A stretch of DNA of 64,000 bases from the NCBI GenBank assembly GCA_964016885.1, contig OZ024752.1, positions 806,001 through 870,000 on the forward strand, read 5' to 3'. Positions within the stretch are counted from its first letter, which is position 1; each line of letters begins with the position of its first letter. Source of the stretch: Eledone cirrhosa. Lineage: Eukaryota. The notes below the pieces were generated by a model. The model ran no database searches, was not told the DNA's origin, and worked only from the letters and a program-made list of their open reading frames with translations. Positions 26,012 to 40,159 of this stretch are shown here, one piece after another. Made by a program: the position numbers and the translations under genes.

Positions 26012-27197
26012 CCGAGCCTTCCTCACATCACGTCCGGCAATTTTAAATTAGGAAAGACTCCTTAAGTAGTGCCAAAAGAAAGAAAAAACAGCTTGATCGC
26101 GACTTGTACGAGTTTTAACTGTTAATACAACAACAAATATATATTTTTACTTTACGGGCCGAGTCCTTATAACATTTATAAACATTCATAACTTTACAAG
26201 TTCTTAAACAGTCTTTGAAATAATATTTCAAACCATTTGTTTATCCAGGCGATGAATTGTAATACTATGGGATTCTAAATCCGGAAAACGCCAAAATTAT
26301 TTGGAAAATAATTATCTTACCTGCTAAGATCCCTGCAATTTGTATGATTAACAGATAATTCCACATCCTGCTGAAGGTTTTTATATATGAATATTTTAAA
26401 ACTTCCAAATCGCTGAATTTTGTGTTGTTTCTTCTCCCTAGTAAGTGCTGCGTTACGTCTGCCAGTATAAGCAGTGGACAAGTGACCAATGCTCATTAGT
26501 GGTTGAAATGGCCTGATTTTGAGTCAGTGGGTGTTTCTTAATGACTTCCTGACAATAGTCTAACTCATAGAAGGACACTTTACATTGGTGCTAATTTCCC
26601 TTTCTTCTCAACAACTAACACTATTTCATTTCAAAGTAGCTGCATTAGCTTTCTTCATTTCGTTTTACATTATTATCATCATCTATTTTTCTTCCTTTTT
26701 TTTCTGCCTTCCCATGTATATGTCTATTTTTCTCTCTTTCTTTCTTCACCCACTTTATTTTGGGGGTGAGTTCTTTTGTCTTAAATTTAAATATTCTGAA
26801 ATTTTTTTCCTTAGGCACGAGACCAAACACATTTTACGAGGATCGTTAATATTGTGTGACATTCAGGCTTTTCTCAAATACAATGTTAGGATACGCAGAA
26901 TAGATTGACTTCACTCCGAAATTGAAACCGTATTGTTAGCATACTGAAGTCCCAATTCAAGAAATATAAAGTTATATATATATATTATTTGTACAGATCA
27001 AAGTTTAAGTAAAGAATCGCCGCTTTCACCCTTTTACGGGATCCTCAGAAGATCCCGTAAAAGGGTGAAAGCAGCGATTCTTTGCTTAAACTTTAATCTG
27101 TACAGATAATAAATATTTTCTCTACAGGTTTTTCATATACATATCTTTAATATATATAATCCTTATCGAGCCCTCCTCACATTTTAGTCTTCATAAT

Positions 27198-27297
<100 letters not shown>

Positions 27298-27329
27298 AGA
27301 TCAAAAGATGGTTAAAGGAGTTCAATGTA

Positions 27330-27396
27330 TTTTATTATGCGCATTTCAAAAACAAACATCATCATGCAATAATATTTGTGTTTTCATCAGATAAAA
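27330..27396 (-). ncRNA. Minimal type I hammerhead ribozyme
   Basis: TTTTAT-CTGATGA-long stem II-GAAA-tgcgca-TA-ATAAAA; lies in an ~200-bp module between two (TA)n tracts. Confidence 0.75.
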
Positions 27397-27491
27397 CAGG
27401 AGAACATGATATGAAGGCTAAAAAACACTTGTGGATAGTGCAGTTTTAAATCAACATATCATTTTATTGTACTACAATAAAACTCACCTCC

Positions 27492-27552
<61 letters not shown>

Positions 27553-28337
27553 AGTGCTGATTGAGTAGTTGATATTTGAATGCTTTTAGTACAATTATAC
27601 TTTGAATGTTTTAAGTAATTGATACTTTTAAGTACAATGGTTCTTTAAAGATGCAGTATATCTAAATTGTCTTGCCTTATTATTTTCAACTACAAGCTAA
27701 TGTTGCAGACACAAATTATATACAATTACCTAGAAATATCCGCAGGATTTGAAGTTTAACTCATTTAGAAGTTTAACTCATTTGAAGTATTTGAAGTTTA
27801 ACTCATTTTGTGAGTTAAACTTCAAATACGATGAGTCGTGGTGTCTTTTCTTGAGATAATGTGACTCTTATTAACCCATAGTTAATATTTCAAAGATTCT
27901 TGTTCTAGATTGAAAACTTTAAAAGTTATTCACAATGTCCAAAGATGGAATTTATCCTGATTGCTACAGAACTATTAATTTCTGTATATTTGTACGGCAC
28001 GGTCGATTTCATATCTAATCCCATGTAAACGACTGCTCAACAGCTATATAACAATAGACCACAGGGATGTTTCCTGGGTAATTCCCAGTTACGTGTAGCT
28101 TTAACGTAATTCTCAGGGAGATTCAGAATGTCGTAATGTGTTACAAAGCCTGGTCCTTTGAATTACAGACATATATTTATGTTTTCTATTATACGTAAAC
28201 GTTGTTTTAGTGCGACCGTTAATTAAATATAAACAGTCAATCTCGCATTATAATCAAATGAGCATTCCCGGCAAGTGATCCTCACGCAAAACTCTATATA
28301 AACTATAATCTATTTCATGCCAGTACATTTTGGGTGA

Positions 28338-28386
28338 GTATTACTGATGAAAGATTTACAAATCTTGAAACAGCGATGTCTGACAT
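28338..28386 (+). ncRNA. Type I hammerhead ribozyme
   Basis: gtatta-CTGATGA-AAGATTT/AAATCTT stem II-GAAAC-a-GCGA-t-GTC-tgacat; GUC cleavage triplet. Confidence 0.7.
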
Positions 28387-28539
28387 TCTCAGAACATACT
28401 AGCAATGCTGTAATATATCCATAGAAGAAAATAGAGAAAGATAAAAAATATGTTTTGTTTTGTTTCTTTACGAAAAGATATTTTCCTTCGGCAACGAGGC
28501 TATCCATATGTTTATTGTATATAAACGTGTTATATATGC

Positions 28540-28900
28540 TTTCATGGTGTCTTTCAACCAGTCTCTCCCATTCCTCCATATCAATCTTCAGAGCTTTAAG
28601 ATTGTCTTTTATGACATCCTTAAACCGCTTCTTTCGTTTACACTGTGAACTTTTTCCTCTGGTCAGCTCCCCATAAAATAACTGTTTAGGTAGCCTTCTA
28701 TCTTCCACCCTGACCACATGACCTGTCCAACGCATCTGAGTCATAACCTTCCTCTCAACACTGGTACTACCTGCTTCCCCAAGTACCACAGCATCAGATG
28801 ATTGAGAGGACAACATGATATCAGGATACGTCGTATAAAATGCGGACGAAACCTTTCCAACTGCCTGATATGATGCCTGTAGGTTTTCCACGTTTCGCAC
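28540..28900 (-). mobile_element. RTE-BovB-like LINE 3' fragment
   Basis: CETWKTY...QMRWTGHVVRVEDRRLPKQLFYGEL...KRFKDVIK. Confidence 0.85.
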
Positions 28901-28901
28901 A

Positions 28902-29004
28902 TACAGGGTGTCCCCAAAAATGTATACACACTTTGATTACCTGTACAGGCAATACTTCTTAGAATGCTGTTGAAGTGTGTGTACATTTTTTTGGACATAT
29001 TGTA
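28902..29004. mobile_element. Short mariner-type MITE
   Basis: TACAGGGTGTCCCCAAAAATGTATACACACTT / AAGTGTGTGTACATTTTTTGGACATATTGTA inverted termini. Confidence 0.6.
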
Positions 29005-29517
29005 TATATATATGCATGTGTGTGTGTGTGTGTGTGTGTGCGTGTGTGTGTGTATGCGTGTGCGCGTGTGTGTTGTGTGTATGTGTGTGTGTGTTGTGTG
29101 TGCATACAATACAATCACATATACATACGCAACAGATGCAGCGAGGGTAGCAACATACATACCCGCACAAGTTCACATTATTTGGTGTATTTTCCGTCAT
29201 GGTAGCGACGGGTTAGGATTTTGTATGAGTAATAATATTTAACGTTGTTTCAACTTCATAACACTAACCTATTTCTATACCAATAAACAAGTACATCCCC
29301 TTACATAAAGTATTTAATTATGTCCAAGAGTCACTTAAAAGACTCACTGGAAAAACCTTTTCTTCTTTTTCCGCATTTCTTCTTCTTTTTCTTCATTTTG
29401 TCTCATTCTCCTCATCCGTCTTCTTCGCACACTTATTCCTGAATTATCATTGCTTGTCGTGTCTCAATAAGGAGCTTAGACAATACTTTCTTGAATAAAT
29501 GTGCAGTGCCCAACAGG

Positions 29518-29570
<53 letters not shown>

Positions 29571-29573
<3 letters not shown>

Positions 29574-31203
29574 AAAGGCACCACTGATGCGCTCTTCCTT
29601 GTGAGGCAATTACAGGAAAAGTACCTAGCTAAAAGTAAGCCACTCTACTTGGCATTTGTCGACCTTGAGAAAGCCTTTGACAGAGTTCCACGTGCAGTAA
29701 TCTGGTGGGCTCTTAGAAAACTAGGAGTAGATGAATGGCTTGTGAAAGCGGTACAAGCCATGTATAGGGGAGCAGTCAGCAAAGTTAGGATTGGCAATGA
29801 GTATAGCGAGGAATTTAGCGTACAGGTTGGGGTCCACCAGGGCTCTGTTCTTAGCCCTCTCCTGTTCATCATAGTCCTGCAGGCAATAACGGAGGAGTTT
29901 AAGACCGGATGCCCATGGGAACTCCTGTATGCTGATGACCTCGCACTCATAGCTGAATCTATGGTAGAACTAGAGAATAAATTCCAAACCTGGAAGCAGG
30001 GACTAGAGAGAAAGGGCCTCAAAGTCAACATGACAAAGACTAAGGTCTTTATAAGTAGACGAGAAAACAGAACCCAGATCCCCTCAGGGAAATGGCCTTG
30101 CTCAGTATGTAGGAAAGGTGTAGGTAGGAACTCCATTCTTTGCCCCAAATGCAAACAATGGGTACACAAGAGATGTAGCGGGATCTCAGGAAGCTTAATT
30201 AAGAATGTAGGATTCACATGCAGCAGCTGTGCTGAAACAGCAAGCAAACAGCCACAGGAAACAAGTACCACCAATCTCTGGGAGGGCCCTGTAGAAACAG
30301 TAGACAGCTTCTGCTACCTAGGTGACCGAATTAGCAACGGAGGTGGGTGCTCAGAAAGTACAATAACTAGGGTAAGAACGGGATGGAAGAAGTTTAGGGA
30401 ACTACTACCACTGCTAGCTGCAAAAGGCTTCTCCCTTTCTCCCTCAGAATGAAAGGCAGACTGTATGATGCGTGTATCCGAACAGCGATGTTGCATGGTA
30501 GTGAGACCTGGGCGCTGAAGGTGGAAGACTTACGTAGATTAGAGAGAAACGAAGCCTGCATGCTCCGATGGATGTGTAACAGTAATATACGTGAACGACA
30601 AAGCATAAATGAATTGAGAGAGAGACTGAGCATAAGAGGAATCAAATGCTGCGTGCAGGAGAGGCGGTTACGCTGGTATGGACATGTGATGCGTATGAAG
30701 GATGACAGCTGCATAAAAAGGTGCAGAGCACTAGAAGTTGATGGAAACCGCGGAGTGGGGAGACCCAAGATGACTTGGGATGAGGTGATAAAAGCCGACC
30801 TTACCCAACTACACCTCTCAAAGTCAATGACACACGACCGTGACTTCTGGCGTCACGCAGTAATACAGGGTACCCGACCTCCCATGGGTACATGCTGAAG
30901 CATATAAACAATATGCCCCCCCCCCCCCACCGCAAGGTGGTCGTGGAGGTGCCACGGCAAAAAAGCACCCAGCCCACACTGTAAAGTGGACGTGTAGGCG
31001 CCACGAAAAAGCACCCAGCACTCACTGTAAATGAGGTTGGTGTTAGGAAGGGCATCCAGCTGTAGAAATCAAGCCAGATCAGTTCCTGTATGAGCAAGGC
31101 ATGGTCAGCCGACCAGACACTGCCCACAACAGGACAACCCGTCTAACCCATGCTAGCGTGGAAGAACGGACGTAAAACGGTGATGATGATGATGATGATG
31201 ATA
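29571..31203 (+). mobile_element. 5'-truncated, well-preserved RTE-clade LINE (RT, Cys/His finger, C-terminal region, 3' UTR, (GAT)n tail)
   Basis: FVDLEKAFDRV, GVHQGSVLSPLLF, LLYADD, FCYLG, LHGSETW, RRLRWYGH; one frameshift from an 8-nt duplication at 30429-30444. Confidence 0.95.
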
Positions 31204-31422
31204 TACAATGATATTAAATAAATGGAAACTATATTTATAAAACCATATTTATTTTATTATATATATTCCAAGGGTACCAAGACAACATTGGTACGCTTTC
31301 ATCAGATAAAATAGAAAGTTTGTTTTATAAATAGAGACATACCCATGAAAATCATACCTTATCGGTTGGAAATTTACTGGATAGTTTGTTGGACTTCCAA
31401 CAAATTAAATACCCCTTCTACT

Positions 31423-31504
<82 letters not shown>

Positions 31505-31543
31505 GATATTAACAAATGGAAACTATATTTATAAAACCATATC

Positions 31544-31608
31544 TATTTTATTATACATATTTCAAGGATACCATGTTAAATTATGGTATGCTTTCATCAG
31601 ACAAAATA
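31544..31608 (-). ncRNA. Minimal type I hammerhead ribozyme (sister copy at 31250-31313 has GGAA for GAAA)
   Basis: TATTTTGT-CTGATGA-AAGCATACCA...TGGTATCCTT-GAAA-tatgta-TA-ATAAAATA; same family as 25259-25324. Confidence 0.75.
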
Positions 31609-31814
31609 CAATATATAACCAGTTTTATAAATAAATATTGACATACCCTTTCAAAATGTAACCGTTACTTTTGGAAGACATCAGGGATAGTCCCTATCCC
31701 TGATGTCTTCCAAAAGTAACGGTTGCATTTATATGTTTTATCCATACCCACGGTATGGATGAAACATTGTCAGCGAATAAAAATTGTATGAGTATGTAGG
31801 CGTTCTTTGATTTC

Positions 31815-31890
<76 letters not shown>

Positions 31891-32106
31891 TTATTAAAAT
31901 AACAGATTAAAGTTTAAGCAAAGAATCGCTGCTTTCACCCTTAACGGGATCTTATTACCGTTAAGGGTGAAAGCAGCGATTCTTTGCTTAAACTTTAATC
32001 TGTTATTTTAATAAATATTTGCTCTACGGTTCTTATATATTATATTTGATATATATTTATCCTTATCGAGCCCTCTTTGGATTTTAGTCTTCAAATTTAT
32101 TATTAT

Positions 32107-32172
<66 letters not shown>

Positions 32173-32229
32173 ATGCATGTATATATATATATGTGTGTGT
32201 GTGTGTATATATATATATGTGTGTGTGTG

Positions 32230-32690
32230 TATTTGTAGAAGAGTAATCTTTGTTACGAGGTCTATTTGCTCAAGTTTCATTGGTATCGAACTCAAAGCCT
32301 CTGAAATTATCTTGAAGTTGTTAGGTGGTCTTGTTTACATTCTAGAAATTTCGATCTTTAAGTCAGTATATTTCGTTATTTTTTTCAGTTTCTTTCAAGG
32401 CAATGCTTTAGTCTCCTGGGATATTAACACCAATAATTTTCGCATTTACACCTTACTGTTATGTTTAAGTCTGTGGTACATTTGGATAGTGAAGTTCTTA
32501 AAGTACTTGGGTTTATTTGTCACTAAGGACACTTGCTGTGATATGCTTGTACCGCCTATGTATTACGTTCCAATACTTGGAAAATAATGGTAGTTTCGTG
32601 TATGAAACATGAGAGCCATTGGCGACGGTAATACTTGTAGGCTTTCATTTGCGCTTTATTGTCTGCCTAGACGTTTCAGGTTCCTTCTTA
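32230..32690 (-). mobile_element. Decayed R4/Dong-like RLE retrotransposon 3' fragment (related piece at ~37680-37880)
   Basis: Translation through a frameshift gives KETEK..KYTDLKIEISRM...ALSSIPMKLEQ..KITLL. Confidence 0.55.
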
Positions 32691-32939
32691 AATTGAGAGG
32701 GAGAGAGAGAGGGGGGGGGGGGGATAAAGATACAGAGAAAGAAAGAGACAGAATGGGTGAGAGAGAAGGGTGTAGTATATAAGAGAAAAAACAAAGAGAA
32801 TGTGTACGGATGAGGTTGAAATTTCTAGAATGTAAACAAGACCACCATAACAACTTCAAGATAATTTCAGAGGCTTTGAGTTCGATACAATGAAACTTGA
32901 GCAAATAGACCTCGTAACAAAGATTACTCTTCTACAAAT

Positions 32940-32984
<45 letters not shown>

Positions 32985-32998
32985 TATATATATACATG

Positions 32999-33112
<114 letters not shown>

Positions 33113-33348
33113 ATAATAATAAATTTGAAGACTAAAATCCAAAGAGGGCTCGATAAGGATAAATATATATCAAATATAATATATAAGAACCGTAGAGCAA
33201 ATATTTATTAAAATAACAGATAAAGTTTAAGGCAAAGAATCGCTGCTTTCACCCTTAACGGTAATAAGATCCGTTAAGGGTGAAAGCAGCGATTCTTTGC
33301 TTAAACTTTAATCTGTTATTTTAATAAATATATATATATATATATGTC

Positions 33349-33387
<39 letters not shown>

Positions 33388-34922
33388 TGTGGTGTGTGTG
33401 TGTGGTGTGTGTGTGTGTGTGTTTATGTATTTGTATATGTGTGTGTTTATGTATTTGTATATGTATATTTATGTGTGAGAGTGTGTGTATGTGTTTACTA
33501 TTTCGTACGTATGTATACGTGCATTTGTGTGTATTCCTTACCACGCGTGTCCGTCCAATTAGCTGCCTTATGTAACGGTGTCAAATATTTTTAATATATA
33601 TATATATTTTTTTTTTCTTATATTTATTTGCGTGTGTGAATATGTAGAGCAGTGGCATTTATGTATGTGTATGTATGTACGTGTGTATATATGTATGATT
33701 GTGTGAATGTATGTATGTATATATGCGTGTGTGTATGGCTATGTTTGTATATGTGTATGCTTGTACACACATATATATATGTATATGTGTATATATATAT
33801 ATGTGTATATGTGTGTGTGTGTGAGTGTGTGTATGTATGAGTGTATGTATGTGTATATGCGTATGTATGTGTATGTGTATATATGTGTATGTATGGTATA
33901 TATATATATGTGTATGTGTATATTTGTATATATATATGTATATATATATGTGTGTGTATGTATGCTTTTGTGGGTTTTTTTTTGTGTGTGTTTGCATGTG
34001 TAGTTTTATTTTATTTTTCCTTCCTTCTTCCTTCTCCAGCCTCACTTTCATATTGATTGCATTTTTATTTTTTTTAAATCCAAATTCAATAAACAACCAG
34101 GAATTTTCATTCTGAGGATTGAAAGCAAAACCTTTTGCTTTTAAGAACCACTGGTAAATGGAATAATTGCCTTATGTTGTTTATTACATAATAATAATTA
34201 AGCTCTGTTACCTACATAGAGCACTCTTTTTTTCCTGGACTTTTCCGACGGAATTACTTCATTCACACATATATATATATATATAAAAAACAATAACGAA
34301 ACGAATTAAATTTCGTTTCGTTTGTAACTCACTTTTGTATGACTGACGCTTAAACAATTAAGTTAAAAATGTACATCCACATATGTATACTGAAATACTA
34401 GTATGCATAGTGATACACACACGTAACATATGTAGATGTACCGAGTTTTTCACTGGTCACTTTACTGTGAGTGTCCAGCTATTCTGTATGTAAACACACA
34501 GACAAACCGGTTTTTAGAGTCATACTGGTTTTTGAGGAAACACCTTTCCTCTATTCGCCAGAAAGCCAGACAAGGAATATTGAACTAGTTTCGTTGTTGT
34601 TACAACTCATCAGCAATATTTACCTATCTTCCGGCCTTCTGGAGAATCGTAAAAGCACATATCGTTATATGCTTTTTCTATGAAAATTAGTAGTGGGCAG
34701 ACTAATTTTTAACTTAATTGTTTAAGCGTCAGTCATACAAAAGTGAGTTACAAACGAAACGAAATTTAATTTCGTTTCGTTATTTGTTTTTTATCGTCTC
34801 CGTTGAACCGGTACGTACTCACGGCTCTATGCAAATTAGTCTGCCCACTACTAATTTTCATAGAAAAAGCATATAACGATATGTGCTTTTACGATTCTCC
34901 AGAAAGGCCGGAAGATAGGTAA

Positions 34923-34965
34923 ATATTGCTGATGAGTTGTAACAACAACGAAACTAGTTCAATAT
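34923..34965 (+). ncRNA. Minimal type I hammerhead ribozyme (mirror copy at 34576-34620, - strand)
   Basis: ATATTG-CTGATGA-GTTGT-aaca-ACAAC-GAAAC-ta-GTT-CAATAT; perfect stems I and II, palindromic ACTAGT stem III. Confidence 0.85.
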
Positions 34966-35186
34966 CCTTGTCTGGCTTTCTGGCGAATAGAGGAAAGGTG
35001 TTTCCTCAAAAACCAGTATGACTCTAAAAACCGGTTTGTCTGTGTGTTTACATACAGAATAGCTGGACACTCACAGTAAAGTGACCAGTGAAAAACTCGG
35101 TACATCTACATATGTATACGTGTGTGTATTCATATGCATACTAGTATTTCAGTATACATATGTGGATGTACATTTTTAACTTAATG

Positions 35187-35371
<185 letters not shown>

Positions 35372-36933
35372 TTTATTTATTATTATTATTATGATTATTT
35401 TTTTATTTTATTTTATTTTATTTTATTTTATTTTATTTTATTTTTTTTCTTCTCGTGCAATGGCCATACTCGATAACGAGGGGGCAGCCATCATGTATGT
35501 ATGTATGTATGTATGTATGTATGTATGTATGTATGTATGTATGTATGTATGTATGTATGTATGTATGTATGTATGTATGTATGCGTGTGTTGTTTAAACC
35601 TACCTCATGAAGCAAACTTGCGACCAAAGACGTTCCATCCACGACAATCTCATATTTATATTAATACAGTTTATTCAAGACTAAATTGTTGAATGATTTA
35701 ACGGAAATTTGACTGCTATTTCTAGCAGGTTAAACGTCTCTTTGGAGACTACTTCGTTAGATCGTGAAGAAGCACCATTACCTTCTGTAATATCATTGCC
35801 ATAATTCATATTCCTACTATGTTTTATACAAAAGAAGAGAAGTGGTTTGGCAGTATCGGTAGAGGGCCGGACAACAGGCTTTGCAGCACAGAGTGACGCC
35901 CCTTTCTGATCTGAGTTTAAATCCTGCCGAGGTTAACTTTGCCTTTCATCCTTACGGGGTCGATAAAATAAAGTACCAGTAATGCACTGGAATAATTGCT
36001 GGCCTTGTGCCAAAAGTAGAAACAATTATTTGGTACATATTTGGCGGTGGATTTGCACTATCGGTAGTGCGTCAGACACCATGTTTTGCAGCATGGAGTT
36101 ACGACCCTTTGCGTTCTAAGTTCAAATCCCGCCGAGGTTAGCTTTGCCTTTCACTCTTACGAGGTCGATAAATAAAACACTAGGGTCGATTTAAACAACT
36201 TTCCCCTTACCCAAAAATTATTTGGCCTTGTGCCTAAATCAGAAAGCATAGGTGAATTGGCAGTATCGGTAGAGCGTCGTACATGGTTTACGGCCTCTAC
36301 GTTCTGAGTTTAATACTGCCGAGCTTAACGTTGCCTTTTATCCTTATTGGGTCGATAAAATAAAGTACCAGTAACGCACTGGAGTCGATTTAATCGTCTT
36401 TCCCCTCCCCAAAATTTGTTAGCCTTGTGCCTAAAAACAAAAACAAAACAAAACTTGGTACATACATTGGCTTAGTGTACTTATAAAGTTAAAGTCGTTA
36501 CTACATCCGTTAACTTATAATCAGAGAAAGGAGGGAAAAACAACAGAATATGAAGAAAGAGGGAGGAAGATACTTTGCATACAGGAAGAAAATAACGTGA
36601 GAGAGAGAGAGAGACTGTTGGGGTGGCAGAGTTCAACCTACAAATCGTATGGCATACAGCAAACAGATTTATGAGGGTGTAGAATAAAAATGGCGACGGA
36701 AAGCATCCCCCGAGCAAAGTTGCTTCGGGTAGCTCACAAAATGAAAAAAAAAACAAAACAAAAAAACATAAAAGCAGGCGCCAATATCAGGGGCTGGATC
36801 AAAGTACGTTACTGTCGTACTTTACTGTTGTACTTTACTGTTGTACTTCGCTGTCTGTCGAAGGGTTAGATTGATTCAACTCTCGGAGTTACATGCGAGA
36901 CTGACAAACACTTTCAAGTACCCCACTTGTGAT

Positions 36934-36977
<44 letters not shown>

Positions 36978-37137
36978 GTGTGTGTGCGCATGTATTTGTG
37001 TGTGTGTGTGTGAGTGTAACGATATGCCGAAAAGCATGTTGTCTGATGCTCTAACGATGCGTCCAATCAACCGCTCTTATACACACACACACATACATAC
37101 AGACAGACACACACACACACATACAGACAGACAGACA

Positions 37138-37190
<53 letters not shown>

Positions 37191-37917
37191 TCACATATAT
37201 ATATATATATATCACGTATACTACAGTATATATATATATATCGCGTATACTACGTCATTAATTACGAAATGCCGGATTTAAAATTGAAAGTGTATAAAGA
37301 AATCGAGCATTTCATACGTCAGGACCTAATATATATAGCACATTGCTCGACACTCTACCGAATCAATCCCGCTGCCCTTAGAGCACATACATAATTGTTT
37401 CTACACTTGGCAGAAGGCCAGCAATTACCCACTGCATTACTGGTACTTTATTTTATCGACCCCGTCAGGATGAAAGGCAAAGTTAACATCGACGGGATTT
37501 GAACTCAGACCGTAAAGGGACGTAACTATGCCGGAAAGCATGGCGTCCGACCCTCTGCCGATAGTACACTGCATGTATAGCCAAGATGACAACATTAAGA
37601 CTTTTTATTCTTCTAATACTTTTTCTCCAAAAATAAGTAGAAAAAAATAGAAAAATGGTAAAAACCTAGCTTTAGTTCCAGTATTTCTATATTATAGTGT
37701 CTGTCGTCAAGTACACTTTCTGGGACCTGCAGTTACCAACAATAAATTATGTTCTATTTCTTGGTAAACAATGGTAGTTTGGAGTGTGAAACGTGAGAGC
37801 CATTGACTTCAATAGCACTTGTAAGGTTTCATCTGCACTTTACTGTCTATCTATAGGTTCCTAGTTTCTTCTTAAATTGAGAGGGGGAGATAGATAGATA
37901 GATAGATAGATAAATAG

Positions 37918-37997
<80 letters not shown>

Positions 37998-38312
37998 ACA
38001 CACACACACCTAAAATTGGGAAAATATCAAGAAACAATTGCTTCTTTAAATAGTATATAGATTTTCTGTTGGCACCAAAAGCAATTGTTTCTTTAAATAT
38101 TATATAACTTCACCGTTGATACAAGAATGATCATAATTAATATCTAATTCCTCGAGTCAATGTTTAGATTATAGTTTATAGATAGATCTATATAAGAATA
38201 ATGGAACTTGGGCAAGGGTTAGGGTTCCTTTATATTTCTTTTCTGCTCATTTTTGTAGAAACATATATTAGAAGAATATAATGTCTTAATTTTATCAACT
38301 TGGTTATTTTAA

Positions 38313-38620
38313 AATTCCCGAGATCCATAGACGAGTTCTCTCCACCGGTCTCTGTCCCTCATTATCGCTGCCATGTCCTGCGTCTCCAACAGACCACTGT
38401 CTGTCCTTAGGGCATCAACATACGTTAACCTTGGTCTTCCTCTTCCAGTGTGCCATGTAGGGGCTCCCACAGGAGCACTGAGTGCAATGTCAACTCTGGA
38501 TGTCGGTGAGCATATCCAGCTAACCTCAGTCTCCTCTGAGTCACTTTTGAGCTGACTTTTGAGCTGAGTTTTTCATCCTCAGTGTATACTGATTAATGTT
38601 CAGAGCCATCCTCAGCATTC
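38313..38620 (-). mobile_element. RTE-like LINE 3' fragment (same family as 21411-21585)
   Basis: GRPRLTYVDALRTDSGL motif on the minus strand. Confidence 0.7.
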
Positions 38621-38783
38621 CATTCTATTTCTAATGTCAAAGAGTGAAGGTTAGGTGGATAAAGGGTTGTCTCCCTTTAAAAGGGGTTGGACATGTATAT
38701 CTAAGTGTGTGTGGGAGAATACGTGAAGGTGTAAGCATGCGTGTGTGAGTGTGAGAGGACATGTTTATATGTAAATGTGGGGG

Positions 38784-39322
38784 CTAGATGTTGTCCACTG
38801 TGAAGGATAAAAGCTGGTGTATGTCCGTCGGATGGAGGCCGTAGCAGTGGACGTCTTCTGCGACCACGCAGTCCGTCAATAAATCGACAGCTGGATGAGC
38901 GGGCACTGTAGTGTAGAGGGAGACAACGTCGAGGCTAAAGGCGTATCTATTTAATTTAAGTTGTTCTGGCTGGAGTTGGTGTAGTCTACGTATGACTTCG
39001 TCGGAGCTACTGACATGCCCGGGAAAGGTGGAGAGTAGAGGCCTGAGACCTGGGAGAGGAGCCAGGAGATTTTGTATAGGGGCCCTTCTATGCTAGAGAC
39101 GATGGGTCTTATGTGTGTCTTAGTACTATTCTTGTCGGTCTTGATGAGGTGATAGAAAGTGGGCAGTCTGCTATTTCTAGTGGTGTGACTGAACTTAAAT
39201 TTATTTGGGAGTTGTCTTCTACTACAGATGTCGAACCAGATGGAGTTGGCCTGTTTTTTGATCTGGTCTGCAGTTATGTCCGGGACCTCTGTATACAGTT
39301 CGTAAGCGACAACGAACTTCGT
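38784..39322 (-). mobile_element. Penelope-like element RT fragment
   Basis: LPTFYHLIKTDK...IRPIVSSIEGPLYKISWLL, frameshift, then FSLDVVSLYTTVP. Confidence 0.88.
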
Positions 39323-39772
39323 ACTTACAAGCACACACACACTCTTTTACTTACATATACACACACATATCTTCTTAGCTTCGTACGGATGTATAATAAC
39401 ACACACACACACACAGAGACACGCATATGCTTGCGCACGTGCACATGTATAGCTCTTTATACAAAACGATTTTTTTCCATTTCAGGTAGACGCGCTCCAT
39501 CATCCACTTTTCTAAAATAATAAATCATACACAAAACGCCAACAACAACTGTTTTCCAAGAGATGGCAACATGAATGAACCTGTTACTTTTATCTAAAGA
39601 CATGTTTTCCAATTCCACCCTACCCGCCCCTTCAATCTATCTTATTTCTTATTCTTTCTTCCAATGAAGGAATCGCGTCCGAAACGTTAAGACCATCTTC
39701 CGGCTATTTCAAGCGTTAACCTAATATATACCTTCCATAAACTGTACCGATTGTGCAGTTATTTCTGTTTAC

Positions 39773-39881
<109 letters not shown>

Positions 39882-40159
39882 AATATGTATGCATAGTATA
39901 TTTGGCAATATACTGTATGTTTAATTACAAACCTTTTGAAGACCATTTGCTATGAGTTTTAAAGTAAGTGACTATGTCATGGACAAATGATGGACAGTCC
40001 TGTTTCACGTTCATTAGCGTTTATCAAGACCACTCACTCTTCGCTTCTGTCGAGAGTTACAGAGCTGATTCTTATAGAATTCCAGTAATATTTAAGATAA
40101 ATAATTGTTTCCACTTTTGGCACAAGGCCAGCAATTACCCAGTACACAATTGTCTCTAA

